DNA from: the human T2T-CHM13v2.0 reference genome, Homo sapiens
Strand: one strand, 5' to 3'
Assembly (NCBI RefSeq): GCF_009914755.1
Contig: NC_060947.1
DNA: 64,000 nucleotides
Numbering within the stretch: position 1 is the stretch's first letter; each line of letters starts with the position of its first letter. The notes beneath the pieces are model-generated. The model did no database searches, was not told the origin of the DNA, and saw nothing but the letters and a program-made list of their open reading frames with translations. Shown here piece after piece: positions 18,141 to 30,504 of this stretch. Position numbers and translations under genes: made by a program.

Positions 18141-21100
18141 ATTCAAAGCAAATTTTACAAATCAAGCATTTTCTCTTACTACAATGGAAGAAAACAAGGA
18201 ATTAATAACAGGAGAACTTTGGAAACCTCACAAACACATGGAAATTAAACAATATGCTACTGAATGACCAGTTGTTCAATGAATACGCTAAGAAATACAA
18301 AATTGAAACAAACAATAATAGAAACACAACATATCAACACCTATGAGATACAGCAAAAGCAATTCCAACAAGGAAGTTAGGGCCTACATCAAAAATAAGA
18401 AAAATTTCAAGTGAGCAGTTTAATGGTGCATCTTGAAAAATTAGAAAAGCAAGAACAAATCAAACTCACAATTAGTAGTATAGAAGAAAAAATAAAAAAT
18501 GGAGCATAAATAAATAAAATCAAAATGAAGAATACAGCACAAAAGATCAACAAAGTGTTGATTTTTTGAAAAGTTAAACATAATTGACCGACCTTTTAGC
18601 CAGACTAAGAAAAAAAGAAAGAAGATACAAATAAATAAAATCAGAAGTGAAAAGGAAGCCATCAAAGGTGATACTGCAGAAATTTAAAAGATTATTTCTG
18701 GCTACTATGAGCAACTATGGCAGTACATTGGAAAATCTAGAATAAATGGACAAATTACTATAATTATACAACTGACCAAGACTGTATCAGGAGGAAACCA
18801 AAACCTGAACAGACCAATAACAAGTAATAAGATTGAAGTCATAATAAAAAGTCTGTCAGTAAAGAAAAGCCCAGGACCTGATGGCTTTACTGCTGAATTC
18901 TTAAAAATCAAAACAAAACAAAACAGAAACATTTAAAGAAGAACTAATATGAATCTTACTCAAACTATTCTGAAAAATAGACAAAGAAGGAACACTAAAG
19001 TAATTCTATGAATCCAGTATTAGCCTGATACCAAAACCAGACAAACATACAACAAAAAAAAAAGAAAAAAAGAAAAGAAAAAGAAAACTACAGGCCAATA
19101 TCTCTGATGACTTGTGATGCAAAAATTCTCAACAAAATAGAAGCAAACAAATTCAAAAATATGTTATAAAGATAATTCAACATAATCAAGTGGGATTTAA
19201 CCCTTGAATGCAAGGATGGCTCTACATATGCAAATCAATCAACATGTTACATGATATCAACCGAAAGAAGTATAATGACCACATTACCATTTCAAGTGAT
19301 GCTGAAAAAGCACTTGACAAAATTCAACATCCCTTTACGATAAAAACTTTCAAAATACTGTATAGAATGAACATACCTCAATATAATAAAAGCCATATAT
19401 GACAGACCAACAGCTAGTGTTATACAGAATGGAGAACAACTGAAAGCCTTTCCTCTATGATCTGTAACATGACAAGAATGCCCATTTTCACCACTGATAT
19501 TCAACATGAGAGATATTCAACATCAGCGAGAAAATAATGTAAGGCATCCACATTCTAAGGCATCCAAATAAAAGAAATCCAAATGGAAGATGTAAAATTT
19601 TCATTGCTAGCAGATGATTTGATCTTATATTTGGACAAAGCTAAAAACTCCACCAAACAACTATTAGAATTGATAAACAAATTCAATAAAGTCATAGGTT
19701 ACAAAATCGACATACAAAAATCAGTAGTATTTTTATGCGCCAACAATGAACAATCTGAAAAAGAAATAAAAAACTAATCCCATTTACAATATCCACGAAT
19801 AAAGTTAAATACATAGGAATTAATTTAAGCAAAGAAGTGAAAGATGTCTATAATGAAAAGTATAAAACACTGGTGGAAGAAATGGAAGAGGACACCAAAA
19901 TATGAAAAGACATTCCATGTTCATGAATTGAAAGAGTCAATATTGTTACAATCACCATACTACCCAAAGCAACCTACACATTCAATACAATCCCTATCAA
20001 ACTAGCAATGGCATTCTTTACAGAAATAGAAAAAAACTCTAAAATTTATATAGAGCCAGAAGAGACCAGGAATAGCAAAAACTAGCCTACAGAAATTAAC
20101 AAAACTTGAGGAATCACATTACCTGACTTCAAATTACACTGCAGAGCTATAGTAACAAAAACAGCATGGTATTGGCATAAAAACAGATACATAGACCAAA
20201 GGAGCAGAATAGAGAATCCATAAGCAGATCCACACACCTACAGTAAACTCATTTTCAACAAATTTACCAAGAACATACACTGGAGAAAAGAGAGTCTCTT
20301 CAATACACGGTGCTGGGAAAACTGGATATTTATAGGCAAAATAATGAAACTAGACCTCTATCTGTCACCACAAAAATCAAATCAAAATGGATTAAAGAAG
20401 TAAATCTAAAACAAAGTATGAAACTGCTATGAGACAACATTGGGGAAAATCTCTAGGATACTGGTGTGGGCAAAAATTTCTTGAGAAATACCATAGAAGC
20501 ACAGGCAACCAAAGCAAAAACGGACAACTGGGGTCACATTAAGTTAAAAAGCTTCTGCACAGCAAAGGATACAGTCATCAAAGTGAAGAGATACCCCATA
20601 GAATGAAAGAAAATATTTTCAAACTATCCATCTGACAAGGGATTAATAAACAGAATATATAAGGAGCTCAAAGAACTTTCTTTGAAAAAATGTAATAATT
20701 TGATCAAAACATGGGCAAAAGATTTGAATAGACTTTTTCAAAAGAATAAATACTAATAACAATGAGGTATATAAAAAAGTGCTCAACATCATGGATCACC
20801 TGAGGAATGCAAATCAAACCTACAATGAGGTATCATCTCACCCCAGTTAAAATACCTTAGATTTAAAAGACACGAAATAACAAATGCTGGCCAGGATATG
20901 GAGAAAAGGGAACCCACATACACTGTTGCTGGGAATGTAAATTACTACAACTACTATGAGGAACAATTCGGAGGTTCCTCAAAAAACTAAAAATTGAGTT
21001 ACCATATGATGCAGCAATCCCATTGCTGCATATATAACCCCCCAAAAGGAAATCAGTATATTAAAGAGATATCTGCACTCCAATGTTTGCTGCACACTGT

Positions 21101-21698
21101 TTACAACAGCTAAGATTTGGAAGCAACCTAAATGTCCATCAACAGATGAATGAGTAAAGAAAATGTGGCACATATACACAATGGAGTAGTATTCAGCCAT
21201 AAAAAGAATAAGATCCAGTCATTTGCATCAACATGGATGGAACTGCAGCTCTTTATGTTAAGTGAAATAAGTCAGACACAGAAAGACAAACATCACATGT
21301 TCTCACTCATTTGTGGTATCTAAAAATCAAAATAATTCAACTCATGGACACAGAGGGTAGAAGGAGGATTACCAGAGGCTGGGAAGGGTAGTAGGGGTCG
21401 AGGGGGGAGGTGATGATAATTAATGGGTACAAAAGTTATACTTAGAAAGAATGAATAAGACCTACTATTTGATAGCAAAATAGGGTGATCTTAGTCAATA
21501 ATAACTTAATTGTATATTTAAAAATAACTAAAAGATTGTAATTGGATTGTTAACACAAAGGATAAATCCTTGATGGGATGGTACTTCATTTTCCATGATG
21601 GGATTATTTCACATTGCATGTCTATATAAAAACATCTCATGTACCTCATAAATGCAAATGCCTACTGTGTATCCACAAACATTAAAAAAATCCAAAAA
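18141..21698 (+). mobile_element. 5'-truncated L1MA2/3-like LINE-1 (ORF2 from end of EN to poly-A)
   Basis: ORF2 remnants (QGWLYICKSIN, LLADDLILYL); 3'UTR ending aaacatctcatgtacctcataaat…ccacaaacattaaaaaaa. Confidence 0.85.
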
Positions 21699-22840
21699 AT
21701 TATAATGAAGTTGAAAACTTTCTATTGCTCAGTGACATTATAGCCATTGTGAGACCATAGCACAAACAGTTACATATTTGTAGTAATGCCGGTGTAAACA
21801 AACCTATTATGCTGCCAGTCATAAAAATATAGTACATACAATTATGTACAATATGTAACACTGGATTAATGACAATACATGACTATCCTAACCAATGTAT
21901 TTGCTGTATTATACTTTTAATAATTATTTTAGAGTGTACTCCTTTTGCTTATAAGAAAAAGTTAACTATAAAATAGCCAGAGGAAGATCTGTCAAGAGGG
22001 GATCTGTCAAGAGATATTTCAGAAGAAGTCATTTTATCATAGGAGATGATAGCTCCATGTGTGTTACTGCCTATGAAGAACTTGGAGTTGGACAACATGT
22101 GGAAATAAAAGACTGATATTGATAATCCTGACCCTGTGTAAGCCTAGGCTAATGTGTGTGTTTGTGTCTTCATTTATAACAAGTATGTTTAAATAAAGAA
22201 TTTTAACAATAAATAAAAGCTTATAGAATAAGGATATAAAGAAAGAAAATATTTTTGCACAGCTATACAATGTGTTTCTGTTTTAAGCTAGCTGTTATTA
22301 CTAAAGAGTCAAAAAGATTTTAAAAAGTAAAAATGTCACAGAAAACTGTTAAACTTTATTAAAAATATTTTTAAATTTTAATATAATTTATCATTTTTAT
22401 ATATGTAGCATAGTCTAAGTGTACAGTGTTTATAAAGTCTACAGTAGTGGACTGTAATGACTTAGGCCTTCGTATTCACTCACTGACTAACTCATTCAGA
22501 ACAACCTCCAGTCCAACAAGCTCCATTCATTGTAGGTGCTCTGTACATGTATCCCACTTTTTTTTATACCGTAGTTTTACAATAGCTTTTCTATTTTTAA
22601 ATATGTTTAGACATGCAAATACTACCAATGAGTTACAATTACCTATTCAGTAAAGCCATGTGATGTACAGGTTTGTGCCCTAGGAGCAATGGGCTATACC
22701 TTATAGCCTAGGTGTATCATAGGCTATACTATTTAGGTTTGTGTAAGTACACTCTCTGACATTTATTTGCACAATGATGAAATTGCCTAATGACACATTT
22801 CTCAGAATGTATCCCCATGGTTGAGAAACTTATGACTATA
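21699..22840 (+). mobile_element. Tigger3b (Golem)-like TcMar DNA transposon, left terminus missing
   Basis: ggtgtaaacaaaccta…gctgccagtc, ataggagatgatagctccatg, cctgaccctgtgtaagcctaggctaatgtgtgtg, right end tttctcagaatgtatcccc…atgacta + TA. Confidence 0.8.
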
Positions 22841-22847
22841 TATAATT

Positions 22848-23077
22848 ATAGATGCTTTTTGACTTATGATGGAGTTCCATCCCAATAAAACCATCAAACA
22901 TCCAAAACATTTTAAGTTGAAGTGTCTTTTCAATTCATGAAATTTTCAACCTATGATGGGTTTATCTGGAAAAGACCCCACTGTAATTCAAGGAGCATAC
23001 TGAATGTTATCACATTTGCATGATTGTGAAGTCAAAAAAATCAAAGTCAGACCATTTTAACTCAGGTTCTGTCTGTA
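22848..23077 (+). mobile_element. MER47/Tigger5-derived MITE with internal fold-back
   Basis: Starts tagatgct…gacttatgatgg…cccaataaaaccatc, ends gaccattttaactcaggttctgtctgta; TA flanks. Confidence 0.65.
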
Positions 23078-24000
23078 TATATTTCACAAGACTAAGTAAT
23101 TTTCCTGTATCAAATAAAAATAAATCATTAGTTACATAAGTTTTATATGTCTGTCTCCTTTGCCAAACTGCAAGCTCTTTGAAGGCAGGAACTCTGTTTT
23201 CTTCTTGAATAAATTCAGACCAACTTGATTTCACAATTTCCTGCACATTATTTTATCTGTGAGTTTTCCCTTTCATAGCCTACTACTGAAATGACTCACC
23301 ATTAAGTTTTAACTCTCATCTGTTAGAACTCTCTTAAGTCCTCTTAACTCAGCAAGAACAGGAAACTACCCTGATAGCACCTTGATAATAGATCCTTTCA
23401 ACTCACAAGAAAAATAATTTCAACTTTTAATTTGTAGTTATGATATTGTTTCATAAAATTGTAGTTCTTACAAAAATCTTTGCTTGACATCTACATCTTC
23501 CACAAAATTTCAGCAGAAGAGTTTCTCACAAATTTATTTTTGAAAAGCCTGTTTCTCTTAAATCAAATAACACATATAAAATAATATTTCTGAGGATCAA
23601 TTGCAGCTAGTTTTAAGACAATTTCTGAAAAATTAAGATTTTTACATGCCTCAGACATTGGATGATCAAACGACCTAATGTAGTGCTACTCAAACTACTT
23701 ATGATGAAGTTTCTTTTTAAAAAAATATATAATCTGTTACAAAAGTGTACTTTTGTAAAATACAATAAAAGTGAATTAATAGAAAGGTAAAATTTAAAAA
23801 GCAAACATATACAAAATGCAGCCCCACTGATCACCTTTGGTGATCACATTGGTGATCACATTGCAGCAATGTCTCAAGTTGCTATAAACATTTTTAAATG
23901 ACTTGTTCTTTATTTCCATTTTTGTCTTGCCATGTACCAGTTGACAGACCATCACAGTCTCCAGACATCCACTGAGTAGCCCCGACAGAATTCATTTAAT

Positions 24001-24482
<482 letters not shown>

Positions 24483-26399
24483 ATGTCATTATTTCCCCAT
24501 GTGGGGAAATATTGTGTATATTCATTTCCATATCTCCAATGGAAGATATTCCATATCTCCAATGGAAGATATTATGTGCCTAGGCACATAATAGGTGCAT
24601 AAGAAATGTTTGATGGGTATTGAAATTTCCCTGCATGGATACATGGACTTTTTTGATTTGAAAACATATTCCATAACATTTTTATTATAGGTGCAGGCAG
24701 TGATGAAGAATGTTTTTAAAATATCCACCTTGTCATCAATGTATAGTTTTATAAAATATTTTACAAATAAAATACTATAAAAGTTACACTAAAAATAAAA
24801 AACATACAAAATGTAAGTCCATGTTTGGATGTTGCAGCAATGTCAAATTTCTTGTGTTGTGATTCTATCAATTACTCGACATTTACAAAACTATGTTTCA
24901 AGGACAGGATTGCTTTAATTTGCATAATCCATTGCAACACTGATTTTATAACAGTGAAGAGGGATAGTGTTTCTTCAATAGGTAAAGATTTGGGTTTTTT
25001 TAATACCCCATTAATGAAACTAACACTTACATAGATGTTGTAATTTTGTGTTTTTTTCTCCTTTCACTGAGATGACCACATTAACTGGATTGACTCATGA
25101 AGCTGATTATACACGCAGAATAGCATGAGTATAATAGGGTCTGGACAGCTAAGAGGCAGAGCTCCATGAAAGCTGTTCCGAACATTGTGTTAATAATTTC
25201 CATAAGACATTGTCTTCTAGGTGTGACATTTCACCAAGCTCGTGACTCATGTCATTGTCACCAAGCTTTTCTGTTTTATATCTACTTTCTCTTGGCAAAT
25301 TGTGACATAGTAGTTTTATCAAAAGAAACTTTCAGAAAGCTTATAAAAGAGTTTGTGAGTCTTCCTCAGCTTCAAATAATTCTGTCAAAATCTGATTTTG
25401 AAGTGTGCCACATAAATGAACCTGTTCTTTGAATTATAACAAATGGCTTTCAAAATGAGGTGGGAGAAGGGTTTAACAAAACACATTGTATTCAACTAGT
25501 CAAACCCATGAATGGTTTAAGTGACAGTGCCTGATACATGCATAGTTGCCGGAGGTGTTCTGTAGAAGCCCCCATGTCCCTGATGCCATTAGACTCCTCC
25601 ACTATTTTTCTCTCCTCTGGAGTCTTTGAATCTTTGCTTACCAAGATACACTGCTGAAACTAAAAACAGCCCTAAGGGATCATTACCGTCAACAAAAAAC
25701 ACCTTTAGATATCCTTAGAGGACAATAAGGGTTTGTCTATTGGTGTCGGGGTCAATCAATAGCACTTTTGGAACTAATGACACTTACATTATCATTTTAC
25801 ATCTTGCGTCTGTAAATTTACTCATGACCCCAGTTATTTTCTTTATTACTTGATTTTTGGTAAATGTGGATTACTGTAAGGAATTTTTGTGTGGCAGTAA
25901 GGTAGTCATATAAATTATCCTAATGTATATGTCTTTTTCAGATTATTTCAATTTCAACTATCTACCACTCACAGTAGATGTAAGCTCCATGAGAGCAGGC
26001 TTCTTGCTTGCTTTCTTTACTACCACAACCCAGCACATAGAACTGTGTCTAGATCATGGAGGATGCTTGGCAAATATGTGTGGCATGAATGTTCAATTAT
26101 CATTTCAAACATTAGACTCAAAATTACAGAAATGTTTCTTTGATACCTATACCTTGATAGGCAGATAGATAAACATAAACTTAAGAAGCCTTGTTTTTAA
26201 TATCGCTGAACTTAATCAGAATTTCAAAACAACTAAATTTAGAGAACCTAGTCAGTGCATGCATTTAAAGAAACGCCCACTTATATGAAAGATGTTACCT
26301 TTGTTACTGATCTCTAATATTTCACTCACAGTTTAATCTAACTCAGGTTTTAGCCTTACATCATATTACAATATTTCTTTCTATAATTATTTTGTGTGT

Positions 26400-27455
26400 C
26401 TTTCTTTTTTACCTTTATTGAAATATATGCCAAAATTGTACACATTTTGTGTATACATCTTGATGAGTTTGGACATATACACACACCCATGATACCATCA
26501 CTACAACCAAGGTGCTGAAGACATCTGTCACCTCTAAAATTGTCCTTGTCTTGTTTTTTTAAGAACCCTAAACATATGAGTGAGAACATGCGGTGTTTGG
26601 TTTTCTGTCCTTGCAATAATTTGCTCAGAATGATGGTTTGCCCATAGTTGGGAATTGAACAATGAGAACACTTGGACACAGGATGGCGAACATCACACAC
26701 CGGGGCCTGTCGTGAGTGGGGGGAGGGGGGAGGGATAGCATTAGGAGATATACCTACTGCAAATGATGAGTTAATGGGTGCAGCACACCAAAATGGCACA
26801 TGTATACATATGTAACAAACCTGCATGTTGTGCACATGTTCCCTAGAACTTAAAGTATAACAATAATAAACAAACAAACAACAAAAAAAGAACACTAAAC
26901 ATGAGATCTACTAAACATATTTTAAAGTGTACAATGTCTTGTTGTTTATGTAACATAGTGCAACAACTGTGGAAAACAGCATGGAGGATTCTCAAAACAT
27001 TAAAAATAGAACAACCATATGATCCAGCAATCCCAGTTCTGGTATATATCCAAAATAATTAAAAAAAAGGATATCAAGGAGACATCTGAAACTTTATGTT
27101 TATTGCAGCATTATTTCCAATAATCAAGATATATAAACAACCCAAATGTCCACCTACAGATGACTACACAAATAAAATGTGCTATGCACATACATACAAT
27201 GTAATATTAGTCAACCTTAAAAAGAAGGAAATCCTGCCATTTGCAATACCATTAATCAAACTAGATGACATTATACTAAGTGAAATCAGCCAGTCACGGA
27301 TGGACAAATACTGCATGATTCCACTTATATGAAGTATCTCAAATAGTCAAACTCATAGAAGCAGAGAGTATAACGGTGTTTACCAGAGGCTGGAAAAAGG
27401 GCGAAATGGGGAATTGTTCTCTGATAGGTAGAAAGTTTCTATTATAAAAGATTAG
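26400..27455 (-). mobile_element. L1MA9/L1MB-like 3' fragment with inverted 5' half
   Basis: Terminal 3'UTR on minus (26400-26950), upstream L1 part on plus (26955-27455). Confidence 0.7.
26576..26887 (+). mobile_element. Short L1PA4-6-like 3' end with 5' inversion
   Basis: Inverted 26576-26639, sense 3'UTR with G-tract and tail; TSD aagaac(c/a)ctaaacat at 26561-26575 and 26888-26902. Confidence 0.92.
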
Positions 27456-28134
27456 TATGATTTTGCTAACTAATTCTGAGGCTTCTTTTAGAGTCAAATA
27501 TTTCTCATCTGTGGTTAAACACAGCTCTAAAACTTAGCTCAGATCTATTTGAGAAGAAGAGCACCCCCAATTCCAACCGTGGATTATTTGCACAGAATAA
27601 ATTATTTTTAGAACTCTTTGTTTTATAGCATCAACCGAAGTAGACCCTTACATTAGAAGGGAGAAACTGAAGACACACAAAAGTAATAGTATGTGTTTCC
27701 TCCATCTCCTCCCCTACCCCTAATCAGAAAGTCACTTTATATTCTTCTGTTAAACAGAAACACTATCTTCTCTTTCTTCAAGGGACTTTCTGTTTGTAGG
27801 TAACCAACAGGTGTTAGCAATATCCTGGCAGCCTACAACTTCCATGGTTTGCCGTTGAAGTATGCTGCTTCCTAGAAGAGTATGTATGTATTACTATAGA
27901 ACAATCCACTTTGAACAGAAATTTAAAGTGGTATTAATGACTCCTACTGCCTTCCCTTCTTCCTCACTCTGTTCCAGCAGCAATAACCTCCTTGCTGTTT
28001 CCTAGAACACCACAATAACATGTATGTTTTTCATACCTTAGTTTTCTTCATAGCATTTATCATCATCTGTTGTCCTATAGGTTTATTTCTTTGTTTATTG
28101 CCTATTTTCAATTTAACACACATATATATTGCTC

Positions 28135-28330
28135 ATTATGTGCTGCATTTTACAAATATTAACTGTTTAATTTTCATGATTATTGTGGGAAGTAGGCACT
28201 ATCAATACACTTATTTTGCAGATAATGAAAATGGCCATAAGTAGATTAGGTAACTTGAACAAGGCCATGCAAATATTAAGTGGTGGAGTTGGGATTAAAA
28301 CACACACAATTAGACTCCAGTGTCCATGTT
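28135..28330 (-). mobile_element. MIR SINE (within L2 remnants ~27950-28460)
   Basis: ttttgcagataatgaaa…ggtaacttgaacaaggcca…agtggtggagttgggatt core. Confidence 0.65.
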
Positions 28331-29149
28331 ATTTAAAAAAGCATAAAATATAATATTTATGAAGTCAGAGATTTTTAATTATTTTGTTCACTGGTGTATC
28401 CTTGGTGCCAAGAATGTCTAAATTATAGTAGGTTCTCAATATATATTTGTTGAATAGATTAGTTTATTACTTTGGGGTTGAATAAACAAGCAAAAATGTC
28501 CTTATACCTCCCTGGAGTTTCTCCTGGTAGCTTAGAAACACAGTATCAATCAGCTACATCATGGAATGGATTTAGTCCTGACAGAAAGAGGTCCACTTTC
28601 AAGAGATGACACTTTGAAAATATTAGGTGAGTTATACAACACCATGATGTTGTGCAGTTGTTGTAAAAGTATGGTATGAGGTTCTTAAGGAGACCCTTAA
28701 GGCTGTGAAAGAGGGCAGGTAGAAAATGATGAGAAGTTAGGTCTCTGAGACCACAAATCCTTTTCCAGGAAAACATCTCTGCTTGTGCACAGAAACTCAA
28801 TCCAATAATAATCACTTACAACTTATACTTGTTAAACTAAAACTAAACATATTCATATTGTATTTTAGCTTAGATGTGGAAATAATTTTGCTGCTCTGTT
28901 TTTCTGCTACTTTATTTTTTTTGGTATACAGATTAACTTTTAATTGTTACAAATGTATGACATTAGTACAAATCTTTTGATTAAGTTAATAGGCTTGAAA
29001 GAAATTAAGAAAACCAAAACATATACAAAATATGTTCTTAATATTTTTTATTAAACTCAACTTTTTAATCTCTTAGTACAAATTTAAATAAACTCTATCG
29101 CTATTATACTTATGAATGGGTATATTTAAATATTAATTCCTGTGAAAGA

Positions 29150-30040
29150 CATTATTTTTATTTTTATTTTTCCAACTCATAATTAACAAATAATGATTGT
29201 ATTTATTTACAGGATACAATGTGATGTTTTGATATATATTTACAATGTGAAATGATTAAATCAGGTTAATTTAAATCCATCACCTCATATACTTATCATT
29301 TTTTGTGGTGAAAACATTTAAAATCTATTACTTTAGCAATTTTGAAATATACGATGCATTATTAATTAGGGACACCATTCTGTGCAATAGGTCACTGAAA
29401 ATTATTTATACATAATAATGTATAAATAATATAATTATTTTTATGTAACCTTTGATGAACATCTCCCTTTTCCCCATTCACTCCCCTCCCCCAATCTCTG
29501 GTCACCATCATTTCACACTCTACTTCTATGAGTTCAGCTATTTTAGATTCCACATATAAGTGAGATCATGCAGTATTTGTGATTCTGGGCCCAGCTTATT
29601 TGTTTTAGTACAATGTTCCTTAGGTTTATCTACATTGTGGCAAATGACAGGATTTCCCCCTTCTTTAAGGATGAGTAGTATTCCACTGAGTATGTATCCC
29701 ACAACGAGATATAACCTCAAACTTTTTAGAAGGGCTACTATCAAAAAGACAAAAGGTAACAAACGTTTGCAAGGGTATAGGGAAAAGAGAACCCTTGGCA
29801 TTGTTGATGGGAATGTAAATTAACATAGCCATTAAGAAAAAGTATAAAGTCTCATCAGAAAACTAAATATAAAATTACCATATGATTCAGCAAACCCACT
29901 TTTGGGTATATATCCAACTAATTTGAAATCGGTAAGTTAAACAGCTATCTGCACACCCTTGTTTACTGCCAGATTGTTCCCAGTAGCTACAATATGGGAG
30001 CAAACTAGGTGTCCATAATCAAATGAATGGAAAAAGACAG
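29150..30040 (-). mobile_element. L1MA6-8-like 3' fragment with inverted 5' part
   Basis: 3'UTR on minus 29150-29697; ORF2 C-terminal sequence on plus 29698-30040. Confidence 0.8.
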
Positions 30041-30504
30041 ATTCTTGAGTATGGCTTTTATTATTACTTTTATTATCAAATTGCAACCTAACAGAATGCT
30101 TTTTAAATATTTGTGTGGACACCACCAAAAAACCAAGTGCAATAGAATTTTAATTTCTAAGTTGTGTTTGGCCAGCAGTTTTGTTTTTTTCTAATAAATA
30201 GAGATTCTATACTAATTTATACTTTATAGTGATGGGTTCACTGGAGAGTTACGTTAAATACACACATACCATTGCAAGTGAAAAAGCGAATTTGGAGAAA
30301 TAATCTGGAAAATTCAGTCCATAAGTAATGATTTTGACTTAATAATCACCTCCAACAAGGAATTATCTTTATCCTATAGATGCTTTTTACCCAATTGATA
30401 AAATAAATATACCATATCTACAGAATGCTCAAAAAACCACAAAGAGTTTTGCATCTTCAGAGTATTGACAAATATTTTCAACTAAAGTATCAAGAAATAG
30501 TGTC

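Noticed and set aside
11861-21720. A large deletion removing the left halves of L1PB1, L1MA2 and Tigger3b together
   Set aside because: A possible degraded TSD (gtaaatacccagggcat 11861 vs gtaaataacaagagaat 18126, 13/17) and only a short missing Tigger end make ordinary 5' truncation plus a small deletion sufficient; cannot be resolved by eye
26356-26895. 179-aa minus-strand ORF
   Set aside because: Chance frame across three L1 3'UTR fragments in mixed orientation
27770-27818. tttgtAG|GTaac recursive-splice-like motif
   Set aside because: Weak donor and no host gene evident; likely chance
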